Positions 56,801 through 64,000 of a stretch of DNA of 64,000 nt are shown piece after piece. Numbering within the stretch: position 1 is the first letter of the stretch; each line of letters starts with the position of its first letter. The stretch spans positions 3,879 through 67,878 of the forward strand of contig JAIOZF010000004.1 in assembly GCA_021740745.1 (NCBI GenBank), read 5' to 3'. Position numbers and translations under genes: made by a program. The notes beneath the pieces were generated by a model. It was given only the letters and a program-made list of their open reading frames with translations, had not been told where the DNA came from and did not search any database. The stretch comes from Crocinitomicaceae bacterium (GTDB lineage Bacteria; Bacteroidota; Bacteroidia; Flavobacteriales_D; Crocinitomicaceae).

Positions 56801-57821
56801 TCTTTTGATCTTTAGTGAAATTCTTCGGCAAGAGTGCCAACGAAACTAAGCCCAATATAATCATTAATATCGTTTGAGTCGCCCACATTAACATTCCTAA
56901 TGCATTTCCTACAGCTTGAGCATTCTCGTGTTCATTACCGATGAAATAGGCTACAACCAATCCAACCAATAAAGGATACGTGCCAATACCACCATTTGTA
57001 AAAGTAATCCCTAACGATCCAGCTATGAACGCAATTAAAATTGCATTTGCAGACATGTTAGATGTTTCTTCCAAGGCTTGAAACGAAACGGCAAACATGG
57101 CAACATAACAGATCCAGATTATTGCCGTATGCAGTAAATATGAAAATGGAAATTGCGAACGAAAAATAGAGAACAATCCGGCAATTATTTCTTTAGCAAA
57201 ACCAATAAACTTATTTCGAAAAGCTACTTTAAAAATGAAAAGATAGCCGGCAAAAAGCATTCCTAGCAATAGGATTCCATAAACAACTAATTTCCATGGG
57301 AATCCAGTAGAAACAGCACCTTGTGCACCACCAAATTGAACTTCAATCTGATGTTTGATTTCCATAAAATCACTATACCCCAAAAAAGCCGTCAACAAGG
57401 CAATAGAGCATAATATAACAAAATCAACTGCGCGTTCAGCAATAATTGTCCCAAAAGAAGTGGTAAAAGGAACTCCATCAGAGCGATAAAGCATTGCAGA
57501 TCTGGAAGCTTCACCAGCTCTAGGAATGGTCAGATTTATTAAATAACCAATCATAACAGCATGATAGCGATGCCAGAATTTAGTTTTAAAGCCCAAAGGT
57601 TCTAAGACATACTTCCAGCGATAAGCTCTTGAAAAATAAGCTACTACCCCTAAAAGAAGAGAAAGTATAATCCAAAAATAATTTGCTTCACGTATTGCCT
57701 TATAGAATAATGCTTTTGATTCAGCAGTCATACTCGAAAAGAAGTACCAAAATAAATAGACACCGAGTAACAGTGGCAAGACTGTTTTCAACAAAGTGCC
57801 TATGGTCTTCTTATTCAACAT
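56772..57821 (-). CDS. flippase-like / lysylphosphatidylglycerol-synthase-TM-domain (UPF0104) membrane protein
   Basis: About 349 aa with about 8 TM helices and a basic N-terminus (KKTIGTLLKTVLPLLLGVYLFWYFF) typical of UPF0104. ATG at 57821 shares 1 nt with the panD TGA. Confidence 0.55.
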   Translation of the reverse strand: MLNKKTIGTLLKTVLPLLLGVYLFWYFFSSMTAESKALFYKAIREANYFWIILSLLLGVVAYFSRAYRWKYVLEPLGFKTKFWHRYHAVMIGYLINLTIPRAGEASRSAMLYRSDGVPFTTSFGTIIAERAVDFVILCSIALLTAFLGYSDFMEIKHQIEVQFGGAQGAVSTGFPWKLVVYGILLLGMLFAGYLFIFKVAFRNKFIGFAKEIIAGLFSIFRSQFPFSYLLHTAIIWICYVAMFAVSFQALEETSNMSANAILIAFIAGSLGITFTNGGIGTYPLLVGLVVAYFIGNEHENAQAVGNALGMLMWATQTILMIILGLVSLALLPKNFTKDQKNEPIDVSPE

Positions 57822-58171
57822 CAATCAATTAGATTAGTTTCTTCGTTTGGAAACACTAAAGATGGTTTGAAATTTTTCGCTTCTTCGAAATCCATATAAC
57901 CATAACCAATTATGATGATGATATCACCCATTGCTACTCGTCGTGCAGCTGGACCATTCAAACATATTGTTCCACTTTTACGATCTCCTTTGATTACATA
58001 TGTTTCAAAACGTTCGCCATTATTGATATTAACAATTTGAACGCGCTCACCTTCAATAAGATTGGAAGCATCCATCAACTCTTCATCAATGGTAATACTA
58101 CCAATGTAATTTAGGTCAGCCTGAGTGACTCTAACCCTATGGATTTTTGATTTTACTACTTGTATCAACAT
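57821..58171 (-). CDS. panD: aspartate 1-decarboxylase
   Basis: [29 protein letters not shown], with the Gly-Ser self-cleavage site. ATG at 58171 is preferred over 58192. Confidence 0.92.
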   Translation of the reverse strand: MLIQVVKSKIHRVRVTQADLNYIGSITIDEELMDASNLIEGERVQIVNINNGERFETYVIKGDRKSGTICLNGPAARRVAMGDIIIIIGYGYMDFEEAKNFKPSLVFPNEETNLID

Positions 58172-58267
58172 TTTACAAAAAATTCGGGACAAATGTAATG
58201 CTATTTTACTTCTAAAAAGCGCTTAATTTTGATTTGACAAATAGGAAGAATTCGAAAATTCAAAAAA

Positions 58268-59119
58268 TCAAGGTTTGATAAGCATATTATCAATTAATCT
58301 GACATCACCGCAAAAGGCAGCAATGCAGCATACAGCACCTTTCACCCACTGATTACTTAACTTCTGTAAACTATGTGGGTCCACAATTTCTAGGTATTCT
58401 AGTTTCAATTGACCTGAATTAAAAAGATCCCGAGCGAATTCAGCAACTTCATTTGGTGTCAATTCAATTGCTTTTTGAACCATTGCATTTAAAGTAGCAT
58501 GTATAATTAGTGCATCTGACTTTTGTTGCTCCGTTAAACGCAAATTTCGACTACTCATTGCCAAACCGCTTTTTTCTCGAAGCGTTGGGCAAGGAATAAT
58601 TTTTACTTTCAATTCAAGTTGTCGCACCATGTGTTCAATAACTGCTACTTGTTGAAAGTCCTTTAAGCCAAAATAGGCGAAATCAGGTTGAACGATTTGA
58701 AAGAAATTGTAAACAACATGAACTACTCCTTGAAAATGACCAGGTCTAAATTCTCCTTCCAAAACAGCATCTAATCCTTCTAGATCGACTCCAGGAAAAC
58801 TATCATTTGACGGATAAACCTGATCAACTGTTGGCGCAAAAACAACGACATTATTGAAATCCTTCAACATATCGACATCTTTCTCGAGCATTCGAGGATA
58901 AAGTTCGAGATCCTTTGGGTTATTAAATTGGGTTGGATTAACAAAAATACTAATGACAACATACTCGCATTCTAGCACCGCTCTTTTCACTAAAGCAATG
59001 TGACCTTCATGCAAAGCTCCCATTGTTGGTACAAAGCCAATGCTTTTTCCCTGCAACCTTGCTGCTGAAATAGCTAGTTCAATTTCTTGCCGTGATGTAA
59101 AAACAGTTCTACCGTCCAT
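58268..59119 (-). CDS. panC: pantoate--beta-alanine ligase
   Basis: 283 aa. Motifs GFVPTMGALHEGH, FVNPTQF, GLKDFQQ, SSRN. Confidence 0.92.
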   Translation of the reverse strand: MDGRTVFTSRQEIELAISAARLQGKSIGFVPTMGALHEGHIALVKRAVLECEYVVISIFVNPTQFNNPKDLELYPRMLEKDVDMLKDFNNVVVFAPTVDQVYPSNDSFPGVDLEGLDAVLEGEFRPGHFQGVVHVVYNFFQIVQPDFAYFGLKDFQQVAVIEHMVRQLELKVKIIPCPTLREKSGLAMSSRNLRLTEQQKSDALIIHATLNAMVQKAIELTPNEVAEFARDLFNSGQLKLEYLEIVDPHSLQKLSNQWVKGAVCCIAAFCGDVRLIDNMLIKP

Positions 59120-59141
59120 GTGTCATTTTGACGTATGCGGA

Positions 59142-59149
59142 CAAAACTA
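59142..59149 (-). promoter_or_regulatory. -7 box TAGTTTTG upstream of panC
   Basis: Exact match on the minus strand, 22 nt before the ATG at 59119. Confidence 0.45.
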
Positions 59150-59182
59150 TTCCTTTTTGTTGAAGTTGCGCTTTTTTTTCTA

Positions 59183-59190
59183 TATTTTTG
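59183..59190 (+). promoter_or_regulatory. -7 box TATTTTTG upstream of the glgA-like gene
   Basis: Exact match, 25 nt before the ATG at 59216. Divergent from the panC box. Confidence 0.45.
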
Positions 59191-59215
59191 TAGTGTTTTT
59201 ACGAATATAAAATTC

Positions 59216-60040
59216 ATGGAGAAAAAGAAAATACTTTTTATCTCGCAAGAGATCTTCCCTTTCTTACCAAAATCCGAAATTTCACACAATGCACGAACAC
59301 TTCCTCAAGGAGTGCAAGAGGCGGGCAAAGAAATTCGAGTATTTACGCCTCGTTTCGGATGCATCAATGAGAGAAGGCATCAACTTCATGAAGTGATTCG
59401 CTTATCTGGAATGAACTTAATCATCGATGATACCGACCACCCTTTGATTATCAAAGTTGCCTCGATTTCATCGGCAAGAATGCAAGTTTACTTTATCGAC
59501 AACGATGAGTATTTCAAAAGAAAATGCACACTTACAGATGATGATGGCAATGATTACAAAGACAACGACGAACGTTCAATGTTTTTCTGTAGAGGAGTGC
59601 TTGAAACAGTTAAAAAATTAGGATGGCAGCCAGATGTAATTCACTGTCATGGTTGGATGACTGCTTTAATGGCGCTTTATATTAAGAAATTGTATAGTAA
59701 AGACCCTCATTTTGCTGATACGAAAGTAGTTTACAGTATCTATGAAGAAGGGTTTAACAAAGATTGGGATTCTCGATTTTCAGAAAAACTTAAATTTGAC
59801 GGCTTTGATGATGAAATAGTTGCTCAATTAAAGGATGACACAAGCTATGAGAATATAACGCGTGTTATTGCAAAATATGCTGACGGAATTAACGTTGGTA
59901 GTGAAAAGATTAGCTCTGAATTGCGTAAAATCTTTGATGAAGCAACATGCTTGAAATTAGATTTCGTACCAGAGGAGCAGCAAACTAAAGCATTGTCTGA
60001 GTTTTTTGACAAAGTAATTGAAGAAACCGTACTCATATAA
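59216..60040 (+). CDS. glycogen/starch-synthase N-terminal-domain-only protein
   Basis: 274 aa. ILFISQEIFPF... and DVIHCHGWMTAL match the GT5 N-terminal half. No C-terminal GT-B half is present. ATG at 59216 is preferred; the track start at 59135 would span the promoter region. Confidence 0.7.
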   Translation: MEKKKILFISQEIFPFLPKSEISHNARTLPQGVQEAGKEIRVFTPRFGCINERRHQLHEVIRLSGMNLIIDDTDHPLIIKVASISSARMQVYFIDNDEYFKRKCTLTDDDGNDYKDNDERSMFFCRGVLETVKKLGWQPDVIHCHGWMTALMALYIKKLYSKDPHFADTKVVYSIYEEGFNKDWDSRFSEKLKFDGFDDEIVAQLKDDTSYENITRVIAKYADGINVGSEKISSELRKIFDEATCLKLDFVPEEQQTKALSEFFDKVIEETVLI

Positions 60041-60041
60041 G

Positions 60042-61349
60042 ATGAATCGTATACAACGTTATTCGTGGCGGAAGGTATTTACACTTTCCGCTACTTTTTT
60101 ATTAGCACTTTTTTTAATCGTTTCCTGTAAGAAAAAGGATACTAATTTGGGAATGAATAATTTAGACCCAAATGAATTATTAAATTCAAACTCAGTCGAT
60201 ACATTTGAAATAATCACTTTTACAATTGAGGACGATTCAGTAATTACTAAGGATCCTGTTTATGCAGTGCTCGGAAATTACAATGATCCTAAATTTGGAG
60301 AAATGGATGCGAGTTTCTACACTCAACTGCGACTTTCGGGTGTGAATCCAAATTTTGGTGGAGGAGCAATTGTGATTGATAGTTTAATACTTGGATTAGA
60401 ATATGCTGGACAATACGGTGATTTGAATCCCTTGACTTTAGAAGTGAATGAAATAACTGAAGCGCTCGATTCTGACTCAATGTATTATGCATTTACAACT
60501 TTAGGTACTTCAAGCTTAAATTTGATAGAACCAGGTTATGAGACAATTACGCCTGATCCATCTGGGGTTACAGTAATCGGACAAGATACTGTTGATACAC
60601 AATTGCGCATTCGTTTAAAAAATTCATTGGCAACAGATTTAATAGCAGAAGCTTCTACTGGAACTGCATTTGCTTCCAATGATGCGTTTTTAGAATTTTT
60701 CAAAGGATTAAGAGTTAAAACAACTAATGGTCCGCAATCAAGTGGAAATGGCGGAATTTTCTATTTCAACCTGAATGACCCATTATCCAAGATGACGATT
60801 TACTATACACAGGATGGAAGTCAAAAGAAATATGACTTTGTCATCAATTCCTCTTGTGTAGACTTTAATCATGTAGAAATTGATAATAGTGGTAAACCGG
60901 TGCAAACTGTTATTAATGACACCGTAACCGGTATGGTTGAATATTACGCACAGGCTTTTAAGAGTCGTGCTGTCGTTCAAATTCCTGGTTTAGCTAATTT
61001 TAATAAGAAAACTGTAATACACAAAGCAGAATTATATCTACCTGTTCAATATCAAACTGGTTCGAAATACGCTCCTGGATTCGATCTTTCTGTTGCAAAT
61101 CGACCGTCTTCTAACCCTAATGGCTTAACGAGTATTGGAATTTTAGCGACATACGATGAATTTAAGAAGCATTTCAAGGCTGACTTGCGCACTTACATTC
61201 AAGCAGTTGTAACAGGAAATACACCCAACTCAGAATTGGTATTTTCTCCAAGATTTTTTATTACGTCGGGAGATCGCATTGTTTTTAATGGACAAAATAC
61301 CACTAACAAGAAAAAACCTCAATTGATTATTACTTACACTGAATATTAA
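60042..61349 (+). CDS. DUF4270-like lipoprotein
   Basis: About 435 aa with the lipobox LIVSCKKKD. Sits between the glgA-like gene and glmS, the usual Bacteroidota DUF4270 context. ATG at 60042 is preferred. Confidence 0.55.
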   Translation: MNRIQRYSWRKVFTLSATFLLALFLIVSCKKKDTNLGMNNLDPNELLNSNSVDTFEIITFTIEDDSVITKDPVYAVLGNYNDPKFGEMDASFYTQLRLSGVNPNFGGGAIVIDSLILGLEYAGQYGDLNPLTLEVNEITEALDSDSMYYAFTTLGTSSLNLIEPGYETITPDPSGVTVIGQDTVDTQLRIRLKNSLATDLIAEASTGTAFASNDAFLEFFKGLRVKTTNGPQSSGNGGIFYFNLNDPLSKMTIYYTQDGSQKKYDFVINSSCVDFNHVEIDNSGKPVQTVINDTVTGMVEYYAQAFKSRAVVQIPGLANFNKKTVIHKAELYLPVQYQTGSKYAPGFDLSVANRPSSNPNGLTSIGILATYDEFKKHFKADLRTYIQAVVTGNTPNSELVFSPRFFITSGDRIVFNGQNTTNKKKPQLIITYTEY

Positions 61350-61354
61350 TTTGT

Positions 61355-63199
61355 ATGTGCGGAATAGTTGCTTATATCGGGAAAAAGGAAGCTTATCCAA
61401 TTGTCTTAAAAGGCTTAAAAAGATTAGAATATCGCGGTTATGACAGTGCCGGGATTGCATTGTTACACGATGGTGAAATTAATCTCCATAAAAGACAGGG
61501 AAAAGTCTCCAATTTGGAAGAATATGCTGCAAATTTTGATTTACAAGGTCATGCAGGAATTGGACATACACGTTGGGCAACTCATGGTGCACCAAACGAT
61601 GTAAATGCACATCCTCATTATTCAACTTCGAAGGACATCGTTTTAATTCACAATGGAATTATTGAGAATTACGATACACTTAGAAAAGGATTAATCAATA
61701 ACGGATATGAATTCAGAAGTGAAACAGATACAGAGGTATTGGTTCATTTAATTGACGATATCCGAAAAAATGAAAATGTTACAATGGCAGAAGCAGTGCG
61801 TTTAGCGCTGTTAAACGTTGTTGGAGCCTATGCAATTGTGGTAATGTCTAAAGACAATCCAAATCAATTGGTTGCTGCTCGTAAGAGTAGTCCTCTTGTT
61901 GTTGGAATTGGAACAGATAATGATTTTTATCTTGCCTCTGACGCAACGCCGATTGTTGAATATACCAAACGAGTTGTATACTTAGAGGATGAAGAGATTG
62001 CTATCGTTGACCTAAACGATGGTTTGAAAATCGTCAATATTAAAAACCAAGAAAAAACACCATACATTCAACAATTAGAATTGCAATTGGAAGCACTTGA
62101 AAAAGGTGGTTACGAGCATTTCATGTTGAAAGAAATCCATGAACAACCAAGATCTATTCGCGATTGTTTTAGAGGTCGACTGAATGCTGAAGAAGGCTGG
62201 GTTTCTCTTGGTGGAATTAAAGAGTACGAGCAAAAAATCATCAATTCACAGCGAATTGTAATGGTTGCATGCGGAACTTCATGGCACGCATGTTTGGTAG
62301 GTGAATATTTATTTGAGGATTTAGCACGTATTAACGTTGAAGTAGAATACGCAAGCGAATTCCGTTACAGAAATCCTATTATCAATGAAAACGATGTCGT
62401 TATTGCCGTTTCACAGTCAGGAGAAACAGCCGATACAATGGCGGCACTAGAATTAGCAAAATCAAAAGGTGCTACAATTCTTGGAATCTGTAATGTTGTT
62501 GGTTCATCTATTTCAAGAATAACAGATGCTGGTTCTTATACCCATGCTGGACCAGAAATAGGAGTAGCATCAACGAAAGCATTTACTGCCCAAGTAACTG
62601 TTCTAACATTAATGGCACTTTCATTGGCACATAAAAAGGGAACTTTAAGTGAATCTAAATTCCACACACTTTTGGCTGAACTTGAAGCAATTCCTGATAA
62701 AGTGAAGCGTGTATTAGATAAGAATGATATTATCGAGGAAATTGCCTTGAAATACAAAGATGCAACTAATGCCTTGTACCTAGGAAGAGGAAGTTCATTC
62801 CCAGTAGCTTTGGAAGGTGCATTAAAATTGAAAGAAATATCGTATATCCATGCTGAAGGCTACCCAGCAGCAGAAATGAAACACGGTCCTATCGCATTAA
62901 TTGATGAAGAAATGCCTGTTTTTGTTATTGCAACCAAAGGTACATCTTATGAAAAGGTAGTTTCGAACATTCAAGAAGTAAAAGCTCGAAAAGGGAAAAT
63001 TATCGCAATCGTTACAGAAGGTGATGAAAATGTGAAAGAAATTGCAGATCACGTTATTGAAATTCCTGAAACAGACGAGCACCTAGTTCCGTTGTTGGCC
63101 ACTATTCCTTTCCAATTATTGTCTTATCATATTGCAGTAATGAGAGGTTGTAATGTCGATCAACCTAGAAACTTAGCTAAGTCTGTGACGGTTGAATAA
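61355..63199 (+). CDS. glmS: glutamine--fructose-6-phosphate transaminase (isomerizing)
   Basis: 614 aa. MCGIVAYIG (Ntn Cys2), two SIS domains (SQSGETADT) and the C-terminal KSVTVE. Confidence 0.95.
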   Translation: MCGIVAYIGKKEAYPIVLKGLKRLEYRGYDSAGIALLHDGEINLHKRQGKVSNLEEYAANFDLQGHAGIGHTRWATHGAPNDVNAHPHYSTSKDIVLIHNGIIENYDTLRKGLINNGYEFRSETDTEVLVHLIDDIRKNENVTMAEAVRLALLNVVGAYAIVVMSKDNPNQLVAARKSSPLVVGIGTDNDFYLASDATPIVEYTKRVVYLEDEEIAIVDLNDGLKIVNIKNQEKTPYIQQLELQLEALEKGGYEHFMLKEIHEQPRSIRDCFRGRLNAEEGWVSLGGIKEYEQKIINSQRIVMVACGTSWHACLVGEYLFEDLARINVEVEYASEFRYRNPIINENDVVIAVSQSGETADTMAALELAKSKGATILGICNVVGSSISRITDAGSYTHAGPEIGVASTKAFTAQVTVLTLMALSLAHKKGTLSESKFHTLLAELEAIPDKVKRVLDKNDIIEEIALKYKDATNALYLGRGSSFPVALEGALKLKEISYIHAEGYPAAEMKHGPIALIDEEMPVFVIATKGTSYEKVVSNIQEVKARKGKIIAIVTEGDENVKEIADHVIEIPETDEHLVPLLATIPFQLLSYHIAVMRGCNVDQPRNLAKSVTVE

Positions 63200-63220
63200 C
63201 AACTAAAAATAATTTATACT

Positions 63221-63257
63221 AAAAGAGCGGTTTCAGCATTGAAACCGCTCTTTTTAT
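63221..63257 (+). terminator. rho-independent terminator after glmS
   Basis: 11-bp stem AGAGCGGTTTC/GAAACCGCTCT, loop AGCATT, then TTTTTATTT. Confidence 0.85.
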
Positions 63258-63358
63258 TTACCATAGAATCAATTAATCAACTAGAATAACTCTATTTCTA
63301 GCAATTGAATTTTCTGATTCCAAATTATAGAAAACAATAATTTCTTTAGTTTTACATT

Positions 63359-63712
63359 ATGATCAAATCAATCAATGACAAGAACGCTGACTTTTTCGAA
63401 AATGTTTTTGCAGTGGTCAAGCTGATTCCTAAGGGTAGAGTTTCGTCATATGGAGCAATTGCCAAATATTTAGGTAGTGCTCAATCGAGCCGAATGGTGG
63501 GATGGGCAATGAATGCATCGCATAAAATGGATGGAATTCCGGCACATCGCGTAGTAAATCGTCAAGGATTATTGACGGGTAAAATGCACTTTGGAAGTCC
63601 AACATTAATGGAGGAAAAACTAAAATTGGAAGGGATTGAAGTTGTCAATGATCAAATCAGCAATTTTAAAACGCTTTATTGGGATCCATCAATTGAATTA
63701 AACATTGACTAA
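63359..63712 (+). CDS. alkyltransferase-like (ATL) MGMT-family DNA-binding protein lacking the acceptor Cys
   Basis: 117 aa containing only the MGMT C-terminal domain (SYGAIAKYLG...). The PCHR motif reads IPAHRVV (Ala codon at 63542-63544). Confidence 0.8.
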   Translation: MIKSINDKNADFFENVFAVVKLIPKGRVSSYGAIAKYLGSAQSSRMVGWAMNASHKMDGIPAHRVVNRQGLLTGKMHFGSPTLMEEKLKLEGIEVVNDQISNFKTLYWDPSIELNID

Positions 63713-63761
63713 AACTAAATGTTATCTCCTAAAACATTGTAATTTTACTGTATGATTCTTG

Positions 63762-64000
63762 TTACTGGTGGAACCGGACTTTTAGGAAGTCATTTATTGG
63801 TTGAGCTTACACGCAATAGCACACGTGTGCGGGCTCTTTACCGTAATAATGATCGTATTCATCAAGTTCAAAAAGTATTTCAGTACTATTTCAGAGAAAA
63901 TTGGCAAAAACCATTTCAACTAATCGAATGGTTTGAAGGTGATATTTTGAATACACCCGATTTAGATGATGCAATGCAAGGCGTTGATCTTGTTTACCAT
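63762..64000 (+). CDS. NAD-dependent epimerase/dehydratase family protein (5' partial, runs off window)
   Basis: MILVTGGTGLLGSHLLVEL Rossmann start. The frame stays open to the window end. Confidence 0.7.

Noticed and set aside
61350-61354. Possible glmS ribozyme or riboswitch upstream of glmS.
   Set aside because: Only 5 nt separate the DUF4270 stop from the glmS ATG, so there is no room for a structured leader. glmS appears co-transcribed with the upstream genes.

Overview
AT-rich chromosomal segment that looks like a Bacteroidota genome, probably Flavobacteriia-like. Supporting signs are the uppS-bamA-skp-skp-murI block, a stand-alone atpDC pair, TAnnTTTG -7 promoter boxes, a PorP/SprF gene and many T9SS C-terminal sorting domains. 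I call about 46 protein-coding genes, including one partial at the 3' edge. I see no rRNA, tRNA, CRISPR array, transposase, integrase or phage genes. Housekeeping genes (kbl, murI, bamA, uppS, atpDC, rbfA, purF, gpmI, panCD, glmS) are interleaved with seven very large secreted proteins. These carry type A or type B T9SS sorting domains and together cover about 23.5 kb, roughly 37% of the window by my coordinates. I did not find a convincing self-contained new multi-gene system such as a defence island. The best follow-up candidates are: (1) a T9SS-displayed 1,197-aa protein with an intact PAP2/vanadium-haloperoxidase motif triad, overlapping the start of an FG-GAP/ASPIC T9SS gene; (2) a 1,696-aa surface protein with duplicated modules of unknown function, codon usage that appears atpD-like, its own -7 box and a strong terminator; (3) an FtsX/LolE-type permease with no canonical start codon, probably starting at ATT 3 nt after the rbfA stop; (4) three genes whose -7 box lies 4-6 nt from the ATG, suggesting leaderless mRNAs; (5) a secreted caspase-fold protein, a Cys-less alkyltransferase-like protein, and atypical LDH-like and SDR-like enzymes. 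All family assignments come from reading motifs in the translations. No database search was run, and domain boundaries are approximate.
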